DNA from: Alphaproteobacteria bacterium
GTDB taxonomy: Bacteria; Pseudomonadota; Alphaproteobacteria; Rs-D84
Assembly (NCBI GenBank): GCA_015062485.1
Contig: SUUO01000003.1
Location: forward strand, 28,026 to 92,025
Direction of reading: 5' to 3'
Length of the DNA: 64,000 nucleotides
Part shown: piece by piece, positions 37,911-47,488 of the stretch
Layout: each line of letters opens with the position of its first letter
How positions within the stretch are numbered: the stretch's first letter is position 1
Notes under the pieces: model-generated
The model's database searches: none
What the model was told of the DNA's origin: nothing
The model's input: the letters and a program-made list of their open reading frames with translations, nothing else
Position numbers and translations under genes: made by a program

Positions 37911-38279
37911 TTATTCCCACCGGCCAAAGAACACAAACAACCACACACACACAACCGTGATAATGGTTAATAATACAATCGCACTGCCAATATCTTTGGC
38001 GCGACCGGACAATTCGTGATATTCGGGCCCTATTCTGTCAACGATATTTTCAATCGCAGTATTAATCAATTCCACAACCAGCACACACACCATTGACACC
38101 GCCAACACAATCCGTTCCACCATTGACAGATTTGCCACAAACATCACAACCACACCAATTAGGCATACAAACAATTCCTGGCGGAATGCGGCCTCGTTTC
38201 GGGCGACCGCCCGTAATCCATTCCACGAATTTTTAAATGCGGCCATAATTCGATTCAAGCCCTTTTTTTTATTCGTCAT
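37911..38279 (-). CDS. dgkA: diacylglycerol kinase
   Basis: NEAAFRQE, VVELINTAIENIVDRIGPEYHELSGRAKDIGSA. ATG 38279 overlaps the upstream gene end. Confidence 0.9.
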   Translation of the reverse strand: MTNKKKGLNRIMAAFKNSWNGLRAVARNEAAFRQELFVCLIGVVVMFVANLSMVERIVLAVSMVCVLVVELINTAIENIVDRIGPEYHELSGRAKDIGSAIVLLTIITVVCVWLFVFFGRWE

Positions 38280-39699
38280 TTGTCTCACCCCCAACTGACA
38301 GTTTGTAATACAAATCATTTTTCTGTTCCATCAATTCCTGCAATGACATATCGCCATACTTCTCGCGCAGGGTTTTAACCCCCGCACAACGCGCACTCAT
38401 CGCCGTCCCCAGGCCCAACCGGCATCCCGGAACAATACCACCGGCGGCCTCTATGACCGTTGGAAAGAAATCAAATGCCGCCACTGGACGATTTTTATCA
38501 ACACCCCGGAACACATCGTCTGCATTGATAAATACATTATTCAGCGCACGCGACCCCAATGGACTTAATTTTTTCATAATATCCCCCGAATGCTGCATAT
38601 GATCGTTTACCAGGATAACAACCGCGGTTGGATCTTGGGCACGAAACCATTTAACAAAATCTGCGATAATTTTATCCTCGCATTTGGCGATATCTTCCAT
38701 ATTTTCCTGTTTAAAGCCCAAATCACGACAATACTGGGTATAGTACCCCTTGCAATGCGTATTTATCGTTTCCATAAAGATAAAATAAGGTTGACCAGAT
38801 TTTATAATATCCGCAATCATTGGACGCGTCATTTCAAACAAAGTTCCATCATCTATGCCCTCGAACGGAATAACGTCCAGTTCATAATCCAACATTGCGC
38901 GCAACCGCACCCCATCGAATATATTTTCAAATCCCATACGTCGCAAGAAATTTTCTTTTAGCGAAAATTTTCCACTGGCCGGGAAAAAGGACCAGGTTTG
39001 ATATCCATTCTTTACAAAGATATTTCCAATACCGCTGGCCCCCAGCATTTTTTCAATGCTTTTATAACTCGAAAAGAACAACGGCAACCCAGTCACCATC
39101 CCCGTTATCGCGGCAATAGTATGCGACAGCCCAGACAACACCCGATAATCTTCGAACGACACATTATCGCGTTCCATTTGCGTGATATGCGGTGTCAAAC
39201 CACCCGCCCCGAACAGATTTTCATCCGCATATGGTTTTTCCATACTTTCCAAAGCAATCATCAAGACATTGCGTTTATTTTTAAATGTAATCTTTGTATT
39301 CTCGGGAAAGACATATTCACGTTCATAAAAATCCGAAACCGTTGTGTTAAAGAAACTGCCGAACTGTATATTTGCATCAACAATCCGCATTCCCAACACA
39401 ACAACCAAACCAACATACACCAAAATTGGTACAATTTTATATTTTCTAAGCAGACCACACACCACCGTCAAAATCACAGACCACAATGCGGAACGTAAAA
39501 TAACCTTGCGAATAAAAGACCAAAATATCTCCGCATCAACGCCACCCATACCAACCTGTAACATCAGTGACACTTCATCCATATTGATGCGCCCGAACAG
39601 GTCCCCAATCCACTTAATCGTGCATTCCAACAACAATATAAACAACACACACGACCACAAAACAAATAACTTTTTATCAAAATTAAATTTAAAAGACAT
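38269..39699 (-). CDS. LTA synthase/sulfatase-family phosphoglycerol(ethanolamine) transferase
   Basis: N-terminal TM helices plus alkaline-phosphatase-like domain (VLMIALESME ... INTHCKGYY). Confidence 0.75.
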   Translation of the reverse strand: MSFKFNFDKKLFVLWSCVLFILLLECTIKWIGDLFGRINMDEVSLMLQVGMGGVDAEIFWSFIRKVILRSALWSVILTVVCGLLRKYKIVPILVYVGLVVVLGMRIVDANIQFGSFFNTTVSDFYEREYVFPENTKITFKNKRNVLMIALESMEKPYADENLFGAGGLTPHITQMERDNVSFEDYRVLSGLSHTIAAITGMVTGLPLFFSSYKSIEKMLGASGIGNIFVKNGYQTWSFFPASGKFSLKENFLRRMGFENIFDGVRLRAMLDYELDVIPFEGIDDGTLFEMTRPMIADIIKSGQPYFIFMETINTHCKGYYTQYCRDLGFKQENMEDIAKCEDKIIADFVKWFRAQDPTAVVILVNDHMQHSGDIMKKLSPLGSRALNNVFINADDVFRGVDKNRPVAAFDFFPTVIEAAGGIVPGCRLGLGTAMSARCAGVKTLREKYGDMSLQELMEQKNDLYYKLSVGGETNDE

Positions 39700-39790
39700 A
39701 ATGCCCCCGGTGCTACGCTAAGAAATATATCATACGCAACACCATATTTCCATTTGAAAAAAGACAATAATTATAACGAATTATAACGGG

Positions 39791-40120
39791 CTATTCCGCC
39801 AGATATTTATTTGCCAACGAAATCAATTTAATCAAAGATTCAAATTTTTTTATGCCCATTTTTTGGGATAAATCCGATAAAAAACGCTGATTGGCCGTTA
39901 TGTATTCCGAATATAATTTACGCCCCCTTTTTGTTGGCAAAATTATAACACTGCGCCCATCATCGGGCGACACTACACGCGATACATATCCCAAATCCGC
40001 CAACATCATCGGCGTATGCGGCCCCGGCGTTGTGCACAAGATTTCCAACACCAACATCTGGCTGTGCCTAATCGGCACCGTCGGACACGCACGCATATAC
40101 GCCCGACAAAACAAATCCAA
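39791..40120 (-). CDS. MarR-like winged-helix protein, apparently shortened
   Basis: LEILCTTPGPHTPMMLADL..GYVSRVVSPDDGRSVIILPTKRGRKL resembles the MarR wHTH, but the recognition-helix region looks deleted. 109 aa. Confidence 0.45.
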   Translation of the reverse strand: MDLFCRAYMRACPTVPIRHSQMLVLEILCTTPGPHTPMMLADLGYVSRVVSPDDGRSVIILPTKRGRKLYSEYITANQRFLSDLSQKMGIKKFESLIKLISLANKYLAE

Positions 40121-40255
40121 CTCTTAATTTCCAGAACCCATAATAATTCACCCCGGTTAATTAGTATAGTTATATCTATATTAACTAAATCGATAAAAAA
40201 TTACAACAAAAAAAGACGGTCATACAACCGTCTAAAACGATTATGTTTATACGCA

Positions 40256-41947
40256 TTACATTGATTCTGGGACACGCAATCCCATCAAATCAATTGCACG
40301 CAACAATGTTTCACGCGCAACATTCACGATATGCAGACGCGCCGCCTTTACCCCATCCACTACATCATCACGCAAAATCGGACAATGGTGATAGAATGTA
40401 TTTATATCCTGGGCCAAATCGTATGTATAGTTTGCCAACAAATCGGTTGCACGACGCGCAAAAGCATTTTCAAGCACACGTTCAAAATCCATCACACGCA
40501 ATAACAAATTGCGTTCTTCGGCCTGTAATGCGCCGGCATCAGCCATCGCAACAACGCCCATATCGGCTGCCTTTTTTGCAACCGCATTCAAACGCACCGC
40601 CGTGTATAAAATGTATGGACCGGTACGCCCCTCGAACTGGGTGACCGAATCAACATCAAATACATAGTCTGATTTTACATCGTGCATCAAATCATTAAAC
40701 TTCAACGCGGCCAACGCAATCATTTCAACCGTTTCATCAGATAATTCTTTGCCCGATTCGGTCGCGCGCGCCCGCACAGAATCCGCAACCATATCCATCA
40801 TCTGGGCCAAACTTGGCACATCACCATCACGTGTTTTAAATGGCTTGCCATCGGCACCGGTTATTGTACCGAATCCAATATGTTGCAAATTCGCAGAATC
40901 CATACCCGCCATTTTTGCCGCACGAAATACCTGGGTAAAGTGTAAATTCTGACGACTGTCGGTGAAATAGACAATATCATTTGGATTGTCGGTCGTTGTA
41001 CGATAATAAATCGCCGCCAAATCCGCCGCCGCATACGTCTGGGCACCGGTGCTGGATCGCCACATAACCGGCGGCATTGGCGCGGTATCCGTATCCAATT
41101 TTACCGGAATAACGTCGGCACCATCGTCGTGCACAATCAGGTTCTTTTCATCCAATATTTTCTGAACCGCCGGAACATATTCCGCAACCAGGCGTTCACC
41201 CTTGTTTTCATCAAACGGCAATATATTCAAGCGCACCAAAATATCCGATATCTGCGACAAAGACATTGGCGCAAATTTATTATAAATATCCAAGTATTCA
41301 GCATTACCATTTTGCAATTCAACCGTGACACGCTGTGCACGTTCCAGCCATTCTTTATCTTCTTTGGCGCGTGCGGACGATGCCGGATATATCACGTTAA
41401 TATCATCTGCATTCTTTGGCATACCGTGCTCCAAAATCCACGCAATAATCAGCCCCATAGGACGCCCCCAGTCGCCCATATGATTATAAGACTTGGTTTT
41501 ATGCCCCAACGCACGCGCAATGCGATTAAACGTATCGCCAACAACCGTCGTACGCAAATGCCCAATATGCAGGGCTTTGCCGATATTATAACTGCCGTAA
41601 TCCATATCGATGGTCAAGGGCGCGGCCTTTTCACTTGCGACGTTATATTTTTCTGGGGCCACCAAGAAATCATTCTTCAATGTGATATTAATGAAGCCCG
41701 GCCCCGCAATCGTTGCATTTTCTACGAATGGAATTTCACAAATTTTGGGTAAAATCATTTCTGCGATGTCACGTGGCGACTTCTTTAATGGTCGCGCCAG
41801 AATCATTGCAACATTTGTCGAAAAATCCCCAAAATCACGGATTTTTGGTGTTTCAATCGCAACGTCTGTTGGCAAAGAATCCGCCAAACCATCAATTTCC
41901 ATTAACTTGGATTTTACATTCTCAGAAATAATTTTATAGACATTCAT
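40256..41947 (-). CDS. argS: arginine--tRNA ligase
   Basis: NIGKALHIGHLR (HIGH) and a DALR anticodon-binding domain. ORF 40256..42049 trimmed to ATG 41947 because the extension overlaps tRNA-Pro. Confidence 0.93.
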   Translation of the reverse strand: MNVYKIISENVKSKLMEIDGLADSLPTDVAIETPKIRDFGDFSTNVAMILARPLKKSPRDIAEMILPKICEIPFVENATIAGPGFINITLKNDFLVAPEKYNVASEKAAPLTIDMDYGSYNIGKALHIGHLRTTVVGDTFNRIARALGHKTKSYNHMGDWGRPMGLIIAWILEHGMPKNADDINVIYPASSARAKEDKEWLERAQRVTVELQNGNAEYLDIYNKFAPMSLSQISDILVRLNILPFDENKGERLVAEYVPAVQKILDEKNLIVHDDGADVIPVKLDTDTAPMPPVMWRSSTGAQTYAAADLAAIYYRTTTDNPNDIVYFTDSRQNLHFTQVFRAAKMAGMDSANLQHIGFGTITGADGKPFKTRDGDVPSLAQMMDMVADSVRARATESGKELSDETVEMIALAALKFNDLMHDVKSDYVFDVDSVTQFEGRTGPYILYTAVRLNAVAKKAADMGVVAMADAGALQAEERNLLLRVMDFERVLENAFARRATDLLANYTYDLAQDINTFYHHCPILRDDVVDGVKAARLHIVNVARETLLRAIDLMGLRVPESM

Positions 41948-42016
41948 AACAAACCTCACATTTATTAGCGCATTTAATAAAAATACCGCATTGAATGCGG
42001 TGTTTTTATTTATCTC

Positions 42017-42093
42017 TGGTCGGGGCGAAAGGATTCGAACCTTCGACATCTTGGTCCCAAACCAAGCACTCTACCAGACTGAGCTACACCCCG
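42017..42093 (-). tRNA. tRNA-Pro (anticodon TGG)
   Basis: rc reads CGGGGTGTAGCTCAGTCTGGTAGAGTGCTTGG-TTTGGGA-CCAAG...GGTTCGAATCCTTTCGCCCCGACCA. Confidence 0.95.
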
Positions 42094-42190
42094 AAACGAG
42101 TCCCATTATAACAGTATTTTTTCAAAATGCAAATTTTATATTTAATTTTGTGCTTGTCTGAATTTACGAAAATTTCTATGATATAGATAT

Positions 42191-43156
42191 ATGAACAAGT
42201 ACGTGCATTTTTTGGGTTTATTACTGGCAATTACGACCACGTCTGCATCGGCGGTGGCGGTATCAACCACACCACGCGCAACGTCCCAGTATATCAAGCG
42301 TGACACATATAACTATATGTACCCATATATGAACAATCAAATGCGTACAGACCTGAACCCTGGTGTCACGGTATCACAATCCACCAACCCAATGGACGTC
42401 GTGGTAAAGACCAAACCATTATCAAATTCAACATCCTCACGTCGTGTCGTACCACGCGGCAACGCGCAGACAACCGCGCGCGCAGCCACGGCAAACACGG
42501 CGCAACCCGCCACGCAACAAACGAATCGTCGCGTGGTTGCCCGGCGTGCGACAAACACGAGCGCAATGCCCACAATCGCACGTGGCAATCGCCGCACCAG
42601 TCCGGTTATCACAAACGAACGAAACGCATCATCAACAACAATGACCAGCGCAAAAGAGCCCGTATCAACCGCGCGCTGTATGGCGGACTATACTGAATGT
42701 ATGAACCGATATTGTGAACGCGCGGATACCGAATATAACCGCTGTTATTGCAGTGCAAAACTGTCCCAAATCGATGCAAAATACCAACCAGAAATTCAAA
42801 ATTTAATTAACAAGATTTTAACGGCAAAATCGACCAACAAATGGTCTGATGCCGAAATGAACGAATATTGGATGAATACCGTCGGCGGTTATACGGGCGG
42901 TGATAATTCCTGGGCCAATCTGGACAACGCCTTGAACATTGATTGGGCGGGTCTGGAAAGCACCGTACGCGGTCAAAACGCATTCACGATGGGACACGAA
43001 TATTGTGTTCAGCATTTAAACAATTGCTACTATATGTCATCAAATTTGCGTGACGCGTACCGATCGGAAATATCACGTGATTGCGCAATATACGAGCAAT
43101 CCCTGCAACGTATCAAGACCGCCGCCGAAAGTTTATTGGAGTATTATGATGATTGA
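42191..43156 (+). CDS. secreted protein with Arg/Thr/Ala-rich low-complexity region and Cys-rich helical C-terminal domain
   Basis: Signal peptide MNKYVHFLGLLLAITTTSASAVA. C-terminal CMADYTECMNRYCERADTEYNRCYC ... No family recognised. Confidence 0.65.
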   Translation: MNKYVHFLGLLLAITTTSASAVAVSTTPRATSQYIKRDTYNYMYPYMNNQMRTDLNPGVTVSQSTNPMDVVVKTKPLSNSTSSRRVVPRGNAQTTARAATANTAQPATQQTNRRVVARRATNTSAMPTIARGNRRTSPVITNERNASSTTMTSAKEPVSTARCMADYTECMNRYCERADTEYNRCYCSAKLSQIDAKYQPEIQNLINKILTAKSTNKWSDAEMNEYWMNTVGGYTGGDNSWANLDNALNIDWAGLESTVRGQNAFTMGHEYCVQHLNNCYYMSSNLRDAYRSEISRDCAIYEQSLQRIKTAAESLLEYYDD

Positions 43157-43985
43157 ATTTATGGGCGTTGAATATGCCCGTGGCGCAACGGCAACAATTC
43201 GCAACGATGGCCCCGCAATGGCACCACGCGCGGTTCAACAAATGTTCCCAGACACAGATTGGATAATGATTGCCGCCGACAACGTTTCACCAACGGTCGC
43301 GGCCCAGGACCGATTCGGTGATGCGTTTAATATTCACAAGCGTGTCTATGCCGCCACACCACGCGGTCGACATATTATGATTGGTGGCGATCATTCTGTA
43401 AACTTTGGACATTTCGCGGCCATACGTGACGGATTCCCGGATGAAGATTTGTGCCTGGTCTATATCGATGCGCACCTGGATATTCATACACCCGAATCAT
43501 CACGGCTTCAGGCATCCGGCGCACCACACGGCACAAATGTGCGTGCATTATTGGGCGATGGTGATGAACGCTGGCTGGGGCTGATAAAAAACAAGCCCGC
43601 GTTAAAACCACAAAACTTATTTTACATTGGCACACGCGCGTTCGAGCCCGCCGAAATAGAATTCGCCCGCGCCCAAAACATACATATTCGCAGCGCATCT
43701 GAATTACAAAACGAATCGGATTGGACGGACACCGTCCGCGAAATTCGCCGAAAAATCGGCACACGCCCATTTGTTATATCTTTTGATTTTGATGTAATCG
43801 ATCCAACCGTGTTTCGTGACGTCTGGGTACCGGAACCAAACGGCATATCATTGGATGCCGCCAAATACTTTGTATCGGAATTTAGTGACGCAGACGGCTT
43901 TGAATTTGTGGAATACGCCCCCAGTGGCGACGAAAAATCCGCACAAATCGTGCACGATTTAATATCTATGGTTGCGAACGATTGA
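43146..43985 (+). CDS. ureohydrolase (arginase/agmatinase/formiminoglutamase family)
   Basis: Mn-binding motifs GGDHSV, IDAHLDIH, SFDFDVIDP. The start (43146 or 43161) overlaps the upstream gene end. Confidence 0.85.
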   Translation: MMIEFMGVEYARGATATIRNDGPAMAPRAVQQMFPDTDWIMIAADNVSPTVAAQDRFGDAFNIHKRVYAATPRGRHIMIGGDHSVNFGHFAAIRDGFPDEDLCLVYIDAHLDIHTPESSRLQASGAPHGTNVRALLGDGDERWLGLIKNKPALKPQNLFYIGTRAFEPAEIEFARAQNIHIRSASELQNESDWTDTVREIRRKIGTRPFVISFDFDVIDPTVFRDVWVPEPNGISLDAAKYFVSEFSDADGFEFVEYAPSGDEKSAQIVHDLISMVAND

Positions 43986-44172
43986 TTTGTTCACACGTAC
44001 GATTATGCCGATAAATATTGCGTGCTAAATCATCACTGATAACATCCCAATCCGTCGCCCGCCCATAAATTGGATTACATACCATTGGTGCACAGGCATT
44101 ATTCGGCAATGGTGTATTTTTCGTGCAAGACACCACGAATATCAGCCACCCCACGTTTAAGAGTTTCCACAT
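43966..44172 (-). CDS. small lipoprotein, o-spanin (Rz1)-like
   Basis: RBS GGGGA. Lipobox LIFVVSC. Pattern C..P......D....SD...R.I..HNR.C. Starts inside the upstream ORF in another frame. Confidence 0.45.
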   Translation of the reverse strand: MWKLLNVGWLIFVVSCTKNTPLPNNACAPMVCNPIYGRATDWDVISDDLARNIYRHNRTCEQINRSQP

Positions 44173-44329
44173 TTACATCCCCTATGATTTTAATTGTTTC
44201 ACTTTGCACATATCCACTTTGCTGTGCCGCGTCGGCACGACATTGCTGTCGCCCCAGACGCACCCCCGCGACATAAGAAAAAAATATGGCGGTCACCCCC
44301 GCCATAAAAACAAATAAATAAGTTTTCAT
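44099..44329 (-). CDS. small N-terminally anchored protein, i-spanin (Rz)-like
   Basis: One N-terminal TM (YLFVFMAGVTAIFFSYVAG) followed by a charged helical region. Overlaps the lipoprotein gene by 74 nt. Confidence 0.4.
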   Translation of the reverse strand: MKTYLFVFMAGVTAIFFSYVAGVRLGRQQCRADAAQQSGYVQSETIKIIGDVNVETLKRGVADIRGVLHEKYTIAE

Positions 44330-44339
44330 ATTAGTCACA

Positions 44340-45074
44340 CTACTTTAATTGAAATTTTCTACTGCGTTGTTCTTTGGACAATCGTCGCAATCGCCGCAAA
44401 ATACCAGTATTACGAACCATTTTAAATGCCATAGACAATGATGTTATCGGCTGTTTATACTGCGTATACATACTTTGCGTACGAATTTTTTGCAAGTTTA
44501 CCAAATACGTATCTATATATTCCGGCAACATCTTCTGGCGCAACATAGCGTAACATTGGCGCATTATTGCGCGCTTTTTTACATATGCCGCCCGACGTAT
44601 TGTACGCAATTCCGATGCACTTAATCGAACAGGCGTATTAACCCAACAATCATTCACCAAAGAATACGATGGCCCAACACATTTATATCTTTCATCAAAA
44701 CCGTCATTGATATCGACTATACTTAAATCGACGCTACGACCATACAGCGAAAACCAAAACGTACGTTTCCACGTATGTTTTAGTGAATTTGTTATTACCG
44801 TAACATCTGTCCCATTCAGCATACTGCGCACACGCGACAAATCCGCAACAATACGTAAATCAATATCACTGTATTTATCCCAATAATAGTTAGTTATCGA
44901 CCCATGCACCAACGCATCTTGAATATCAGATGGCGAAATTGGCAATTTGACAACATCACCCAGATACCGCACAAATTCCCCCGCAATCATCATCAGTGAT
45001 TGTCGCACCAATGGATTTATTTTTGTCGGACTGTCCCAAACACGTGGCGCCAGCGTTTTATGATACCGAAACAT
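44340..45074 (-). CDS. Pol-beta-superfamily nucleotidyltransferase-like protein (paralog 2)
   Basis: VHGSITNYYWDKYSDIDLRIVAD. Collinear with 16505..17242. ATG is 11 nt after the upstream stop. Confidence 0.7.
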   Translation of the reverse strand: MFRYHKTLAPRVWDSPTKINPLVRQSLMMIAGEFVRYLGDVVKLPISPSDIQDALVHGSITNYYWDKYSDIDLRIVADLSRVRSMLNGTDVTVITNSLKHTWKRTFWFSLYGRSVDLSIVDINDGFDERYKCVGPSYSLVNDCWVNTPVRLSASELRTIRRAAYVKKRAIMRQCYAMLRQKMLPEYIDTYLVNLQKIRTQSMYTQYKQPITSLSMAFKMVRNTGILRRLRRLSKEQRSRKFQLK

Positions 45075-45085
45075 CCCATCCGCCC

Positions 45086-45631
45086 CTATTCTGTTGTTGT
45101 GGTTGAAGACGCTTCCTCTTCACCAGCGTAGGTCTTATAACTATTTTCTACGGGCGAAGATGTTGCGCCATCATAATAACAATTATCGGTAAAAATAAAT
45201 GTTCCCGTTTCATCAGAACGCTCAACATCTGCTTTCTTATAACATTCGTTTGCACTGACCGCACCTGTATCACTAGTATATTGAGCAGGGCAACTGGAAC
45301 AACTTCCGCCATTATTATACTGCCCACTATCACACGGCCGGCAAGAGTCGTGATACCATCTAAACAGATACCGTCCATTTGCCCAATATGATTGACATGT
45401 AGATTTTCTTAATTTTGTCGGATCATCTGGACAAAGACAATCGATATATCCGTTTGTACCCGTATAAAAATCTTCTGTCCTTGTTGCGCTAATGCAGTAT
45501 GAATCAGCATAAATTGCGGTGTCCCCTTCCCAACATCTAATTTTTACCGTCGTTGTTTCAAACGCGAAAGACTTTGAATATCCCAATGTCATCATCGCCG
45601 TAAAACCCGCCACGAAATAAGTTTTATTCAT
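45086..45631 (-). CDS. secreted Cys-rich protein with GCC2_GCC3/ephrin-receptor-like Cys repeat and S-type C-terminal motif
   Basis: Signal peptide. CRPCDSGQYNNGGSCSSCPAQYTSDTGAVSANEC. ...DETGTFIFTDNCYY. Acidic/Ser-Thr tail. Confidence 0.8.
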   Translation of the reverse strand: MNKTYFVAGFTAMMTLGYSKSFAFETTTVKIRCWEGDTAIYADSYCISATRTEDFYTGTNGYIDCLCPDDPTKLRKSTCQSYWANGRYLFRWYHDSCRPCDSGQYNNGGSCSSCPAQYTSDTGAVSANECYKKADVERSDETGTFIFTDNCYYDGATSSPVENSYKTYAGEEEASSTTTTE

Positions 45632-45934
45632 ATTTCAATCTCCTGTTTGTTAAAAACAAAACCACGCGTTTTTCACGAGTGGTCAGGAGGTTGGAAACAA
45701 TCAAGAAGTATTGTGCTGCTTATTCAATATATTCACAGCCCCCCTGACACTAAATGCTCAGGAGATATTTGTCATTTGGTTTTCACACGAAAAAACACGC
45801 CATTGGCGCGTCGGATTTCGTTTCCAAACGCTTCTTGCACGGGTTTCCACACCCCATTATGGCAAACCACCATAACAAGTATATTATAACTGAATGTTTT
45901 TCTTTGTTCAATACTTAGATAAATAAAAGTTTAT
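45632..45934 (-). promoter_or_regulatory. leader module copy 5
   Basis: Read on - strand: -35 TTGAAC (45906-45911), 17-nt spacer, -10 TATAAT (45883-45888). A/T motif 45917-45934. Key 7-mers 45692-45698 (tGGAAac) and 45843-45849 (gtTTCCa). Differs from copy 4 at only about ten positions over ~190 nt by eye. Confidence 0.8.
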
Positions 45935-45935
45935 G

Positions 45936-46030
45936 TTAGTGGTTAGTGTAAGTGATTAGTGATGGCACTATGATGTGCGGCATTTGCCACACACAAACAC
46001 TATCCACTAGCCACTCACACTAATCACTAA
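45936..46030. repeat. inverted pair of TTAGTG-type short-period repeats next to the rho terminator
   Basis: TTAGTGGTTAGTGTAAGTGATTAGTGATGG (45936-45965) versus CCACTAGCCACTCACACTAATCACTAA (46004-46030). The same tail occurs at 7548-7577, 25875-25908 and 49242-49270. Confidence 0.7.
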
Positions 46031-46057
46031 AAAATCCCGCGTAATGCGGGATTTTTA
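46029..46057 (-). terminator. intrinsic terminator after rho
   Basis: A6-TCCCGC gtaa TGCGGGA-T5. Confidence 0.85.
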
Positions 46058-47326
46058 TTACTGATTCATAGACGCAAAGAAATCATCATTCGTTTTCGTC
46101 ACACGTAATTTATCCAACAGGAATTCCATTGCCTCTAACGTGCCCATCGGATTAATTATGCGACGCAACACATATGTCTTGGCCAGTTGTTCTTTGCCCA
46201 CCAACAGGTCTTCCTTGCGTGTGCCGGACTTGGTAATATCAATCGCCGGATAAACACGTTTATCAGACAATTTTCTGTCCAAGATGATTTCACTGTTACC
46301 GGTACCCTTGAATTCTTCGAAAATAACTTCATCCATCTTGGACCCCGTATCAACCAATGCCGTCGCAATAATGGTCAGTGATCCACCGCCCTCGATATTA
46401 CGTGCCGCACCAAAGAAACGTTTTGGACGCTGCAACGCGTACGCATCAACACCACCGGTTAAAACCTTGCCACTGGATGGAACACAGGTATTATACGCGC
46501 GACCCAAACGTGTAATAGAATCCAACAAGATAACAACGTCTTGTCCGGCCTCTACCAAACGTTTTGCTTTTTCAATAACCATTTCTGCGACCTGAATATG
46601 ACGTGCCGCCGGTTCATCAAATGTCGAAGAAATAACCTCTCCCTTGACACTGCGTTGCATATCGGTCACCTCTTCGGGACGTTCATCAATCAGCAAAACG
46701 ATTAACTTAACATCCGGATAGTTTGTCGCAATAGAATGCGCAATATTTTGCAGCATAACCGTCTTACCGGTACGTGGCGGTGCAACGATTAACGAACGCT
46801 GTCCCTTACCCGTTGGGGAAATCAGGTCAATAACACGCGCAGACAGATTACGTCCTTTGTCTGTGTCGGTTGGGACCTCCATCTGTAACTTCTCGTCCGG
46901 GTACAGTGGCGTCATATCATCAAACGACACACGATGTTTCAGTTTTTCAGGATTGTCGCCATTAACGCGTTCAATCGTTTCCAACGCGAAATAGCGTTCG
47001 GTTTCCGCCGCCGGGGCTTGAATTTGCCCCTCGACATAATCACCGGTTTTCAAGCCGTATTTTTTAATTAAATTTGGCGACACATACAAATCATCCGGCC
47101 CCGCCAGATAGTTTGATTCCGGCGCACGCAAGAAACCAAATCCATCCTGCATCCGTTCCAGAACACCATCACCAATCAACGTCACCTTTTTATCCGCGGC
47201 GAACACACGCATAACCGCAAAACGCAGTTGCTGTACATTCAGTTGCGCTGGATTTTCAATTCCCATATCTTCTGCCATTTTCAGCAGTTGCTGGGGCGAT
47301 TTCGCCTTTAACTCATTAATATGCAT
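46058..47326 (-). CDS. rho: transcription termination factor Rho
   Basis: N-terminal RNA-binding domain, Walker A APPRTGKT, and the RecA-like ATPase. 422 aa. Confidence 0.97.
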   Translation of the reverse strand: MHINELKAKSPQQLLKMAEDMGIENPAQLNVQQLRFAVMRVFAADKKVTLIGDGVLERMQDGFGFLRAPESNYLAGPDDLYVSPNLIKKYGLKTGDYVEGQIQAPAAETERYFALETIERVNGDNPEKLKHRVSFDDMTPLYPDEKLQMEVPTDTDKGRNLSARVIDLISPTGKGQRSLIVAPPRTGKTVMLQNIAHSIATNYPDVKLIVLLIDERPEEVTDMQRSVKGEVISSTFDEPAARHIQVAEMVIEKAKRLVEAGQDVVILLDSITRLGRAYNTCVPSSGKVLTGGVDAYALQRPKRFFGAARNIEGGGSLTIIATALVDTGSKMDEVIFEEFKGTGNSEIILDRKLSDKRVYPAIDITKSGTRKEDLLVGKEQLAKTYVLRRIINPMGTLEAMEFLLDKLRVTKTNDDFFASMNQ

Positions 47327-47488
47327 AAATCATCCTTTTGGAAAGTTTCGCACAGAACCGTGCTAATTTGATACGACTATTATAATACAATTTGACAAAA
47401 AAGTCAAGTTTTGCTTTTTTTCTTGCATTTTACCTATATTATTGCTCAAATCAGAACATATAAGTAATAAATAAAAAAGGAAGCGAAA

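Noticed and set aside
40256-42049. N-terminal extensions of ORF-track models (argS 40256..42049 overlapping tRNA-Pro; 16505..17515 overlapping the S gene; 31734..32882 overlapping ftsB; 57415..58095; 59132..62704; 17599..18162; 56597..57088).
   Set aside because: Internal ATGs with good RBSs give products starting at the conserved family N-termini. The extensions overlap RNA genes, leaders or neighbouring genes.
43966-45934. Calling the region 43966..45934 a prophage.
   Set aside because: Only a spanin-like pair and an NTase-like gene hint at phage ancestry. No integrase, holin, endolysin, terminase or structural genes are present, and housekeeping genes flank it tightly.
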